Below are positions 13,501 through 27,300 of a stretch of 64,000 bases of DNA, piece by piece. Within the stretch, counting starts at the first letter, position 1. Each line of letters starts with the position of its first letter. The notes below the pieces were generated by a model. That model searched no databases. It saw only the letters and a list, made by a program, of their open reading frames with translations, and had not been told where the DNA came from. The position numbers and the translations under genes were made by a program. This DNA is from Welwitschia mirabilis (Eukaryota), in contig JBOZIK010000001.1 in NCBI GenBank assembly GCA_051453625.1, forward strand, positions 284,883-348,882. Reading direction: 5' to 3'.

Positions 13501-15780
13501 AGATGCTAAGATATGTAATAATAATTTAGATTATTTTAATTAATACTTGTCCATTTAAAAAAGATAAATATGGAATGCAACACTCTGTTATAGATATTTA
13601 CAAATAAAAGTTTTCATATGTTAAATTTTCAATTATGATTACAATGTAAGAAGTTTTACATATGTTCATGCTAAACTTTTTAGCTAAAAAGTTCTAACTT
13701 GTTTATACTTCTTATTACTTTTTAATATAATAATGATGAAAAGGATTTACAAGTTTCTTTCAAGAAAAGAAAAAAACATTACATTCTTGATACATTGAGG
13801 TATATTGAATTTAGTTAAAGTGAGATTTCTTAATCATTATGATTAATTAAGTTGGTCCTTATCCTTCTAGTAGCTTCCATAGTTTTTTAACATTTAATAT
13901 TACTTTTATCACTTTTTATATATCTAATTTTGTTGCTTAATAGCCAATATTTTCTCTTACTTTTATAAGTTCCATCATGCTTCATAACACCGATGTACTA
14001 TGATAATGACACTAGTTATCTTGAGAATTATGCCTTGATTAAAAATGAATGGATTAGCATATTATACTTAATAAAACACAAGTATTAGTTATTCATAACT
14101 AAATTTTGGTAATCATAAGGATTGAATTTAACTAATGATGAATTAGTACTAAACACATCATGTATATCCTTAAAATATTTTATTTACTAAATTATAAGGG
14201 CTAAAAATTATAAAAGTAGAGTATAATAATTTATTTAGTATAAATTAATCCATGATAACATTCTATTAGTAAATGAAATTATTAGAGCAAACCACACAAA
14301 GAAAAGGTAGCTATATGTTTAAAATTTGATGTAGAAAAATTCTTAATTCAATCTAATAAAGACTTTTTTAATCTAAATAAATAGGATTTAATAAAACATT
14401 GATTACCTTTTTAAATTTTCAATAGAATTAGTACATTTATCACATATTATTAATGGAGGATATCATGGAAACTTTTAGATTCAATTTGGATTAAGATAAG
14501 GTGATTTTCTTACCTCTCCTTTTAATCATTATTATGAACCTCTTTTTGCATCTTGTATAAGAATTTCAAATTGAAGATCTATTATGTCTTCTATTATATA
14601 TCATATTACAAGTTATAAATGATATTAATCTAGTTTTAGTATTGCACCTAAGTTTAAAACCCATCCTATAAATTTTTTCATTTATTTTTTAGGATAAAGT
14701 TTAATTTAAGTGAATATAATATATTTTTTTTTTTATACTAACCCAATATGCTAGAATAAAATATTTGCTTCCATATGATGTATCACAAGTTCATTACTAG
14801 ATAAGTACTTAGGACCATCAATTAAAAAAAACAACAATAAAAATAAAACATTAACAAATGTAATTAATAAAATAAGTTGAAAACTTTAAAAATAGTAAAA
14901 TTCTTTTGAGTAGTTCTAGAAAAATTCTTCTAGTAAAGGCTCATATTAACTCTATGGTAGTTGATGTAGCACTTTGTTTTCTAATTAGTTTAAAAGTATC
15001 TCATATTATACACTTCGTTATTGCTTGGACAATTTCATAAAAATTTCTATCTTTTTCAATTTTAAATGATAGCTTAACCACAATCTATGAGATATCTAGA
15101 AATTGAATCCACTTTAGATATTTGTATATCATGTTATGTATTACTTAAATAAAAATGCTCCTTAGGTTAAATTTTATGAAGATCTATATGGTGAAAACTT
15201 TTGTAGGATTATTACATTTAAAAATGGATATGAAATTAGGAGAAATAGTATGATCATTTCTTCTTTAATCTACCATTACATAAAATCAAGAACTTCTTCA
15301 AAAGGAAAAATTAGTGTTTAAATAATCTATTGGGACTTATTTTAAGCATGAAAATAAATGAAGAAAATTAAAGAAGTTCAAAATACTAGAAAAGTTCAAA
15401 ATGATTATGTGATTTAGTATTAACTAAAAACTTCCAACAACCTTATGCATTATAATTTTATCATATTAATGTTTCATTAGATTGAAAATTCATTGAATAG
15501 GATATAGAAACATTGCAACACTTACTCTTTGACTACAAATTTATTAATCAATCGTGGTAGTAGTTGGAATTAAATGTTGCCACATTCCATTTCCATTAAA
15601 TAGTTAGTTCCATAATAGATACTTAATGCATGGTGTTTTATATGCATTTTAGAGAAACATATCAAGTTTTTATAAATGTGGGCTTGTTTTGCATGATGTA
15701 GTTAGTATTTAGTATTTTGAAGAAATAAATAAACAAAAATAAATGTAATTAGAATAATGATAAAAAAAACAAGAAAGAAA
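10600..15780 (+). mobile_element. Degenerate L1-type LINE (ORF1 trace, EN, RT, C-terminal W-rich end); 11640-12872 duplicates 10275-11538
   Basis: KWNIR at about 12965 (EN start), EIIRA...K.FDVEK at about 14275-14340, GLR*GDFL at about 14488 (GLRQGDPLS), KYLG at about 14804, HLL at about 15520, A-rich tail at about 15720-15780. Confidence 0.55.
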
Positions 15781-18700
15781 TAACATGTAAAGATGTAAAC
15801 CAAATGTTTAAACATAATTAGTGAATAATTAATATCTTAATTAGTAAAGAATAGCAAGTAATTAATTTATGGTTAATAATTAATCAAGATTAATTAAGTG
15901 ATTAGTATATTATATTAAAAAATTCATATGAACAATTTTAAAATGATTATAAAATTCTAATGAAAAAAGCATATGAGAATAGTAAAATAAATGTGGCATA
16001 AATAAATATAACAAATATTAAAAAAGATAGGTAAAAAGAGAAAAAGAAAAGATTACATAAGAAATATGAGGGTGAAAAGATGTTTCTCAAAACACATGCT
16101 AAAGATGTTTTTTTTCTTTTTATGGTGTTAATATTTCCAATATTTTGTTTAACAAGTTTCATTATTCTCAAACCTTTATATAAAACTTTAAAAGATATGA
16201 AAAGTGATATTTTATAAAAGAAATAATATTTTCAATGTTTCATTAATGATAGAAAGATCTAAAATATCTCCCCCTTTCAAGGCTTATAAATACTCCCTCA
16301 ACTACAACCACATAAGTAATCAAAAGAGGCATTTTAAGGTGGGAAATCAATAATGAAGATCTTATATAATAGTTATTATATAAATATATGTTAAATCATA
16401 CCTATGCTATATAATAAGTAGCCTTATTATGTTATAAAGAATGATATTTCTTATGTTAACATTGTTGTTAATATAAGGATGTTGCAATTGTTGTTTATAA
16501 TTTTGTTTTGTTTTAAGTTAACAAAATCATCATTAGTTTTATTTTCTTGAAGTTAAAATTATATTTATTGAGATCAAGTGGGCATATTAATAATCAGATA
16601 AAAGATTCCAATTGGGATATGATGTAAAGTCACAAAATATTATTAATGTGTGCTACATGTCATCACCTAGTTCCGTATCATTAAAAATATAGAAGTATGT
16701 TTTTCTATTTCTAAAACACCTTAGAAAAACTATTCTTTATTATAATGTAATCTACTCTTTTTCTAAGAGTTAACACATTGTTTTCTAGGATGAGTGTAGC
16801 TACTATAATGCCTTAGTTTTATCCATTATAAATGACTTCTACATGGTGTTTCCCTCTTTTGTTAAATATGTTTTAATTAGAATCTTTTTTTTTGTGTCAT
16901 CTGAGCTTATGATTATAGAGAAAAAAATATTATATAATACATTTGAACATATAAATAGTTGGAAGTTCATCATAAATTCATGGCCTACATTAGATTTAGT
17001 TGTTATGGTAATAGGCTTTCATAAGGAAGACAAAGCATGACCAATGAAGTTGTTAATTTTGGTAAACTTGTAGCAATAATTATGATGAAAATATTCATAA
17101 TGATGATAACATATGTCTTTGTATTTATCATTAGCATATATGGCTAAATTCAAAGGAACAAGCTGCTACGAGAAACATGGATTATGGTCAATCAAAATGT
17201 GTAGTTGATCAAAGAAAAAANNNNNNNNNNNNNNNNNNNNNNNNNNNNNNNNNNNNNNNNNNNNNNNNNNNNNNNNNNNNNNNNNNNNNNNNNNNNNNNN
17301 NNNNNNNNNNNNNNNNNNNNCATAAGTAATCAAAAGACACATTTTAAGGTGGGAAATCCATAACGAAGATCTTATATAATAGTTATTATATAAAGATATG
17401 TTAAATCATAAGTATGTTATATAATAAGTAGCCTTATTATGTTATAAAGAATGACATTTCTTATGTTATGTATGACATTGTTGTTAATATAGGGATGTTG
17501 CAATTGTTATTTGTAATTTTGTTTTGTTTTAAGTTAACAAAATCATCATTAATTTTATTTTCTTGAAGTTAAAATTATAGTTATTGAGATTAAGGAGGCA
17601 TATTAATGAATAGATAAAAGATTCCAATTGGATATGATGTAAAGTCATAAAATATTATTATTCTATGCTACATGTCATCATCTAATTCCTTGTCGTTAAC
17701 AATATATAAGTATGTTTTTCTATATTTAAAACACCCTTAGAAAAACTATTCTTTATTATAATGTAATCTACTCTTTTTTTAAGAGTTAACACATTCTTTT
17801 GTAGAATGAGTGTAGCTACTGTAATGCCTTATTATCCATTATAAATAACTTCTATGTGGTGTTTCCCTCTTCTGTTGAATATGTTTTAAATAGAATCTTT
17901 TTTTATCTCATTTGAGCTCATGATTATAAATAAAAAAATATTATATAAGATATTTGAACATATAAATAGTTGGAAGTTCATCATAAATTCATGTCCTACA
18001 TTAGATTTAGTGGTTATGTAATAGGCTTTCATAAGGAAGACAATGCATGACCAATGAAGTTGTTAATTTTGATAAACTTTTAGTGATAATTATGATGAAG
18101 ATATTCATAATGATGATAACATATGTCTTTGTATTTATCATTAGCATCTATGGCTAAATTCAAAGAAAAAAGCTACTACAAAAAACATGAATTATGATCA
18201 ATGAAAATGTGTAGTTGATCAAAGAAAAAAATCAATTTTAAAAAAAATGAGATCATGCTTTAAGCATTTACAAAAATAATTATTTAACATAATACATTTA
18301 CCCCAAATAAAAGAAATAAAGCATAAATAATTCAAAATAATACATAAATAAATCTCTTGGGTTAAAATTCATATATAATGAAAACATAAAGTATCAAACT
18401 AACATCCTTGGCATATAATTTATGAAATAGATTACAAATTACCTTGTCAAACTATTATTTTACATGATAAAACAACTATTCAATAGTAATAGATACATGT
18501 GATATTCATGTAATCAAAACACATGATTTATAATAAACTTTAAGAACTACATGTGTACAAATCATTATTTCATGAGATGTGAAAAGAAAAATATAATGTA
18601 TAATAAATAAATAATATTTAATAAACATTCACTACTACTTTAAATATCCTATATAATTCAAATAAATGATAAAGACAGTTAAAATCATCAAAACTAATTT

Positions 18701-20199
18701 AACTCATTGTCATGTGAAAATAATTTTTCTTGAAAAGTTTANNNNNNNNNNNNNNNNNNNNNNNNNNNNNNNNNNNNNNNNNNNNNNNNNNNNNNNNNNN
18801 NNNNNNNNNNNNNNNNNNNNNNNNNNNNNNNNNNNNNNNNNTTACTAGTAATAAATACATGTGATATTCATGTAATCAGAACACATGATGCATAATAAAC
18901 TTCAAGAATTACATGTGTAAAAATCATTATTTCATGAGATGTGAAAAGAAAAATATAATGGATAAGAAAGAAATAATATTTAATAAACATTCACTACTAC
19001 TCTAAATATCATATATAATTCAAATAAATGATAAAGACAATTAAATTCATCAAAACTAACTTAACCAATTATTATGTAAAAATAATTTTTCTTGAAAAGT
19101 TAGTAGTTGAAATAAAGTAAAATAAATATGTACGAATCAGGGTATTAATCCATCTGAAATCAAAAAATAGCAATTTGGAAACATGATTCTTAAAATTGAG
19201 TTAGCAAACTATCTGACTTCAATAATATNNNNNNNNNNNNNNNNNNNNNNNNNNNNNNNNNNNNNNNNNNNNNNNNNNNNNNNNNNNNNNNNNNNNNNNN
19301 NNNNNNNNNNNNNNNNNNNNNNNNNNNNNNNNNNNNNNNNNNNNNNNNNNNNNNNNNNNNNNNNNNNNNNNNNNNNNNNNNNNNNNNNNNNNNNNNNNNN
19401 NNNNNNNNNNNNNNNNNNNNNNNNNNNNNNNNNNNNNNNNNNNNNNNNNNNNNNNNNNNNNNNNNNNNNNNNNNNNNNNNNNNNNNNNNNNNNNNNNNNN
19501 NNNNNNNNNNNNNNNNNNNNNNNNNNNNNNNNNNNNNNNNNNNNNNNNNNNNNNNNNNNNNNNNNNNNNNNNNNNNNNNNNNNNNNNNNNNNNNNNNNNN
19601 NNNNTATGAATCATTCGAGGGTATTATTCCATCTGAAATCAAAAAGTAGCACTTTGAAAACACGATTCTTAAAATTGACTTAGCAAACTATCTGAGTTCA
19701 ATAATATTCTTACTAAATTTGAATATATTTAACTTAAAATATCACTCTTAATTAAGCTTGAAATTAGCTATAAAGGTGATGTAACATGTATATTATATTA
19801 TAACTTAACAAGCAATAATGACAAATCAACATGTGAATTTTTATTTTGTTAAAGCAAAACTTAGTTCATTTCATGACATTTTGATTAGAAGAAAAAGAGA
19901 AAAGAGAAGAAGGAGAGAAAAGTGAGAAAGAAACTTAAGAATATGGATTTAACACTTATTTAATCTTTTAAAGTAATTAAAATATTTCAAAATTAAGTTC
20001 TTACAATCAAATATTCAAGATCAAATAAGATTAATTAAAAGCATTAGGAAACAAACCTCCCAAAAACTACAAAAATATGGTCAATCCTACTATGACTTAA
20101 AATATTAGGAAAACTAGAGAACTTAAGAAAACAGATTTTATATTTTGAAAATACTTAGAAACGACTAGAATATCACATTATAGCTTTATAAAAGCATAT

Positions 20200-21935
20200 C
20201 AACAATAATAGAAAAATTCATGGTGCAAAAATGGAAAAATTAAGATTTCATGGATTTAGAAAAATTCTAAGTAAAATTTTAAATATAATGTAACTAACTA
20301 AAAATGGAATTTTATAAGTTGAATTAGGGTTTTGACTAACTACACATAAAATTTTTTAAATTAGGATAGGAATCCATTGACAAAGTTTTAAGGCAATTGG
20401 AGTTACAAAAAAAAAGTTATAATTAAAGCAAACACTGAAATTCACTAGTTTTTACATCAATTAAGAAAGGGAAAAAGAGAGGAAAAACTTCAAATAAAAA
20501 TAAATATTTTTATTTTATATTTAATTAAATTACAAATGTATGTGCTAAGTTTATGCTATTGAAAATGTATGAAGAAGAATTCATCATTTAATGCTTCATA
20601 AGAAAGGATGGAAAAATAAGAGACTGATGGCAGAAGAAATGAAAAGAATAGTGGAAAAAAGAGAGAAGAGGGATAAAAGACATGCTTCCTTTGACATAAA
20701 GTCACTAACCATGCAACATCAGAGAATTTTATAAAAGTACTAAATGTGTAACAACCCTAATAGCACTAAATATAAAACATGCTATAAGAAATCTAATAAA
20801 ATTGAAAGGAATGCATGATCAAAATGAAAAAAATTATTTAAAAAAATCATAAAAACATAACAAAAAAGAATACTTACTATTTTTAGATGTAATAATATCC
20901 ATTTCTATTAGTATTTAATGCAAATTTGTACAAGATCTAATACCTTCTCCTCATCTTNNNNNNNNNNNNNNNNNNNNNNNNNNNNNTTTACAATTCCCTT
21001 TAAATAGATAGAAATGAGAGAAATGGAGATGAATGTAAGAGGATTAAACTAAATGTATAATGTTATAAAAAATAAGAATGAAGAATATGGAAGGCTTCCA
21101 AAGTTGATATACAGAGATCCTTAACTCAAAAGAGAAGAAATGAGAGAGAGAAATATGACTATAATGTCTTCCAATGCAAAATGAAATATAAAAATTGTCA
21201 TAAAATGAGTTTGAAAGGATGCACTTGGATTTCACATCCACTTTAGTGTTTTTTGGTAGGGAGTGGCTAGGGATAAATAGATGCACTTAGGTTAAGTTTA
21301 GATAAGGTAGGTATCAAAACTTCTGAGTTTCCACATNNNNNNNNNNNNNNNNNNNNNNGGATAGTTCTATGATGCTACAAAACCAAAATGCACTAGGAAA
21401 TGATGTTGTAGTACCAATATAGTTATCATAGTAACTACTTAACTCCAAAAATATAAATTAGCTTAATTACAATGCTTATGATTGATATTACATGGAAACA
21501 TTAAATTTAAATTAGAAATGAGTAGAAATGACTAAGTTATACACCTTGGAATGTAATTTTCCAATCTACTTATGTCTTAATAGGCTCTGATATGCTTTGA
21601 TGTCATGATTCAATGTTAAAATAAGTTAAAATCATCACATGACATGTAGATAAAATATGATGATGCAAAATGGAATATGAGTTATCTTTAAAATTAATAG
21701 GTTGATGTAGTCCTTTATTCTCCACGTATCTATCTCAAATCTTGACCTCTTGATCATCAGCATCATAATTAATCTCAAAATAGATTAAAATTCATCATCA
21801 TATGATCATAAAACCTCTAATACTCATTTCTTCTAGTAAATAGAAAAATATCTTTAAGTCTAGTATTATAGTTCTAAAATAATGAAAAATTATGACTCTT
21901 AGTACCTTATTTTATTAAAATATTAGGCTTCATCG
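20200..21935 (-). mobile_element. Degenerate LTR plus leader (copy B of the family at 108-3100)
   Basis: Reverse-complement alignment to 108-2530 by eye. Minus-strand gggttgttaca at about 20747-20757 resembles an LTR 3' end. Confidence 0.5.
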
Positions 21936-22224
21936 ATGTTGATATTTTTACTCTCAAGATTTATGATGTGCTTTACTGTTCATACATTATGCAAAAACTC
22001 TTTCTTAGGTCATGACTTCTATAGCTCCAAAATCAATACCATTAGTTACTTATATTGCATATTTATTTGTTAACTTATACTTTCTATTTTTTGATAATCC
22101 ATTACTAAATGTATATTTATTTCTAAACCATGAGATGAGCCCTTATTAAAGGTTAACATGATTAATATTCATTCCTACATGCTAAACTTAGAAATCTTTA
22201 TGGGAATTCAAGGACACATAATTA

Positions 22225-22252
22225 AATAATAATAATAATAATATAATTATTA
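22225..22252. repeat. (TAA)n microsatellite
   Basis: aaataataataataataatataattatta. Confidence 0.7.
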
Positions 22253-24366
22253 TGCTAACATTATTTCTCATTTAACCATGGAATTATCGGTGTCTTCTTA
22301 TAATAATTATTATTCTTTTATTATGGCAGTTAATAGAAAGTAATAATTAAAAATTTTGCTTATAATCCTATATTGTATCTAATGATTATGCTTTAGTTGT
22401 TAATGTGAGTTTATGTAGAATGAATATTAAAGATATTTGTTTATATTTTTAATTATTAAAATAGATTAATAAAATAATAATTAGATGATACTCTTAAAAA
22501 AATAATCTAGTAAGTATTAGTACAGAGCTCACTTAATCAATTCTTTATTTACTAAGTAAGCAATACTACACTTTCTTAATCCTAATTCTTTCATAAAAGT
22601 TGAAATGTTATTCTTATGATTAAATGATATGTTTATGAATTAATTAAGAAAATTTTAAATTATATTTATTTTTAGGGATTTGATTAAGTTGGATGTCGTG
22701 CATCATTTTTCAATCATGAAAAGAATATAAGAGCCATTTATTTTATGGCTTTATAGACTATATGAAAACTTTGAAATTTATGTGTATTTAAAAACCACTC
22801 GTTTTCCCTATTTTTTCACATTTATTGTTATCCAACATTATTTACTTTACTTTTTCCCTCCCAAAACTATAGTGCTAGTATTATCTTATCTTTTGCCTTC
22901 GATATTACTCCTCTTTCTTTTCATAGAACTTTAATGTTACCCTTTGATCCTTAATATTTATCTCAAAATATACCTATTAGTACTTCTAACCCTGCAAACT
23001 AATGCTACATCATTATTGTACTTCTAACTAGTGTTGTCACTCTACCGAGATTCTATGTTACTTTTACCATTATTAGCTATAAGTCTGTCAATTCCCTATG
23101 TATGAGAATCTAAAGAGTATAAAAATCACTTATTTATTACTTTATAAAAAGTACACAAAATTTCAAAAGTATACTTGTATTTAAAAACTACTTATGTTTC
23201 TTCTTCAATTTCATTCATTGTTATCTAACCTTATTGACTTTACTTTTTTTTCTTTTAAAACCCTAACCCTAGTATTATTTTATCTTCTTCCTCCTACATC
23301 ATTTCTTATTCTTTTTCTTCAAACCTAAATCTTATCACTTGCTTGTCAATTTTTTCATTTGATTATCACTATCCTATTACCTTGTTTAGTCTTCCAAACT
23401 AACACTATACCACTACCATACTATCATCCTATGTTTGTTCCATGCCTTAATCCAACATTGCTTCTATAATCCTCATCTGTAACTCTATTCATCCTCCATG
23501 TATAGTAGTATCATTACTCTTCATTACTACAATAGACTCATTTCATATCATTGTCACACTATGTTTGCACTTATTGTTGTACCTCCTACTCTACCTTAGT
23601 GAAGATGTATTAGGTCATAATGAGAATTGCCTATTGCAAATTAAGCCCAGTTGTGCTACTAAGTTCCTAAATTTCAGGAATAATTTGTCTTTACTATAGA
23701 TTCCTTTTCCCACTTTTATGTTTTAATTGATTGAAATTATTATGAAGGGCTTACATAGATAGATTTAAATATTTGGAATGAATCCTAGGTTAATCTATTA
23801 TTAAGCTCAGAAAGCCCCACAAGCCTAAATCACAACTCAACCATCTCATTTCCATTCAATCAACAATTCTCTCTAATTAAATACTTCTTATCTTTGGTGT
23901 AATGTATTCATCTTTTAACTAGGAAAATTTAACTTTTCTTTAAAAAAGATATAAAAAATAGTAAAGGAAGCTTTTAAATATTATGTGTACTACTATTTTT
24001 AACATAAAAAGCTATATCATGAGATATATGCAATTGTTAGTTATTTCATTTAATAAGTTTTCAAAACTCTCCTATTCTTAACACATGATATTTTAAAAGA
24101 GATAATAGAAGATATATATCATAATCATGCATATATTTTTATTTCCTATTCAATATTAAAAATCTTGTTAAATTTTATTTTTATAAATATGAAAAAATTT
24201 AGTGGATTTTTTTTTCTCTAGAAGAAGTTGAAAATCTTGTGTTATGATGGCCAGTGCACCATTAATGATAAAGAGTTTTAGCTTTTGAAGAAGTTCAAGT
24301 TAATGATATGTAACATGAATACATAAATACAAAAATGCCAATTAGGTATTAATCCAATTGGTATAA

Positions 24367-27300
24367 TGATGCAAGAGAATTCTTAATAAAGAAAAATAAA
24401 GTTTGTGTTTAGTAAAAAGTCTATTTGCTAAGGTTTTAGTGTGCTTTTGTGGAAAGGAAAATCCACCATATGCAACTATCATGTGAGAAGGAGTATCCAT
24501 TTAATTTAGCATGTTTAGAGGAAATCTAGATGTAAAAAATATGTCGTGTTTAGAGAAATCTATGCATAAGAAATATGCTATGTTAAAAATACACTTATAA
24601 TGAAACATGTAGGATGCTAATATTAGAGGATTCCTTCATGATTAAGGTTTCTCTTAAAGATTTTTAAATAGAGGAGAATGGTAGGCATAAGATTAAAGAC
24701 ATGGTCAAAGTAATAAAAGCTAACATGAAGCTTTTATAAGCTACTACGGAGGAAACTTCACAAAAGATCAACCAAATCTAATTTTAGATTACTACTTTGT
24801 GTACCATTAATATAAAGTAATTCTTCCATCACCTTTAATACTTTTTTTTCCCTATGTATTTAATTTTTTTTTCCCTACTCCTCACTAAACAAAATTCCAA
24901 AAGCGATCTTGAGTTTTCATTACCTTAGTTATATGTCATCTAGCATCAGAGTGAGTTTTGGATCTGTGTGAAGATGGTTCTTGTCTTTTGTTTTAGAAAT
25001 AATGCTATCAAATAATACAATAGTTTCCCACTTCAAAGAGCACCTTTTTAGATAAGAATGAATGTTGAAAGATATCTAGAGGATGATGGAGGTATTGGTG
25101 ACAAAGTTGAGTGTGCATTATAGACTTAGAGCAATGAAGCAAGTTTTAGATGAGAAGCAAGAAGAAGAATGATTCTAAGTAAATAATCCACCAAAGGAGG
25201 GTGTTACAAATGAAGAAAAACATGTAAAGAAAGAGAAGAATCTAATTGTAAAAGCCTTAATGGAGATAATATAAAAGGATCTTGTAAGTGTGATACCATT
25301 TAAAGGAAGATTAAAATTAGAGTAGCTTTAGCACTAGATCTAAGGCATGGAGTAGTACTTTAAGATGGACGACATCACTAGCAAAAATAAGATAAAGATT
25401 CCTTCAACTCACTTGCAAGAAGTTGTAACAGGTTGGTAGGAGCATGTTTGGAAGGATCATTAAGATCAATACCTTTCANNNNNNNNNNNNNNNNNNNNNN
25501 NNNNNNNNNNNNNNNNNNNNNNNNNNNNNNNNNNNNNNNNNNNNNNNNNNNNNNNNNNNNNNNNNNNNNNNNNNNNNNTAGAGGAGAATGGTAGGCATAA
25601 GGTTAAAGACATGATCAAAGTAATAAAAGCTAACATGAAGCTTTTAAAAGCTACTACCAAGAAAACTTCACAAAAGATCAACCAAATGTGATTTTAAATT
25701 ACTATTTTATATACCATTAATATAAAGTAATTCTTCCATCACCTTCAATACTTTTTTCCCTATGTATTTAATTTTTTTACCACTCCTCACTAAATACACA
25801 ATTCCAAAAGCGATCTTGAGGGTTTTCATTACCTTAGTTGAATGTCATCTGACATCAGAGTGAGTTTTGGATCTATGTGAAGATGGCTCTTGTCTTTTGT
25901 TTTAGAAAGAATGCTATCCAATAAGATGATAGTTTTCCACTTCAAAGAGCACTTTGTTAGACAAGAATGAATGTTGAAAGATATCTAGAGAATGATGGAG
26001 GTATTGGTAACAAAGTTGAGTGTGCATCATAGACCTAAGCAAATGAAGCTATTTTTAGATGAGAAGCAAGAAAAAGAATGATTCAAGGTAAAGAATCCAC
26101 CAAAGGAGGGCGTTACAAATGAAGAAAAACATGTAAATAAAGAGAAGAATCTATTTGTAAAAGCCTTAATGAAGATAACATAAAAGGATTTTATAAGTGT
26201 GACACCATTTAAAGGAAGATTAAAATTAGGGAAGCTTTAGGACTAGATCTAAGGCATGGATTAGCACTTTAAGATGAATGATATCACTTAAAAAAAATAA
26301 GGTAAAGATTACTTTAACTCACTTGCAAGAAGTTATAACAAGTTGTTAGGAGTATGTTTGGAAGGATCATTAAGATCAATACCTTTTAACCTCTTAAAAC
26401 TATGTGAAGGATGGTTTTTGAGATGAGTTTATGTTACTTTCACATTAAGGTAGAGAGGATAAGGAAGATGCAGATACTTCAATAATATAAAAATTCTATA
26501 ATAGAGTACTCAGAGGAGTTTCACATGCTTGTCATCTAAGCAAGACATTTTGATTTTGGTGGAAAATAAGTAAACAGATACATTNNNNNNNNNNNNNNNN
26601 NNNNNNNNNNNNNNNNNNNNNNNNNNNNNNNNNNNNNNNNNNNNNNNNNNNNNNNNNNNNNNNNNNNNNNNNNNNNNNNNNNNNAAATTCTATAATAGAG
26701 TACTCAGAGGAGTTTCACATGCTTGTCATCTAAGCAATACATTTTGATTTTGGTGGAAAATAAGTAAACAGATACATTATTGGTTTAAAATTTGTTATTC
26801 AGGATGAGATTGCCATTGGTACTCCTAGAACAATAGAGGAACCTACTAATTAGCACTATGAGTTTCTTAAAGGGGGTAAAGTTTATTTTAAAAAAATAAC
26901 TCCAATACAAAAAGACTCAAATAAAATAAATCAAAAGAAATAGTCATTAATAGGAAGAAAAGATAAATTAGGAATTGTAAATGAAGGAAAAGAAGACACT
27001 AAATGTAAAGAAGGTAACTATAGAGTAAGGGATAAAGAAGGTAATTTATTGAGAGTTTACAAAAAATATCATAAGCCATAATACAAACCTTAAAAGTATA
27101 CATTAAGCAATGAAGTTATGCATATAATTATCATATTTGATCAAGGTGACACAAGTGGAGAGTCTAAGAAGAAGAAACTAGAAAAGACAACTAGCAAGAA
27201 AGAAGAAAACATGAATGTTGGAAGAAATATCACATAAGATGTAGAAACTATTAAGGAATCTATACAATGGAGATGACTCTTTAAAACTAAATTTAAGAAT

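Noticed and set aside
16260-19900. Minus-strand PPT-like aaagggggagat at about 16270 suggesting another copia 3' region
   Set aside because: No LTR partner or coding motif could be found to support an element call.
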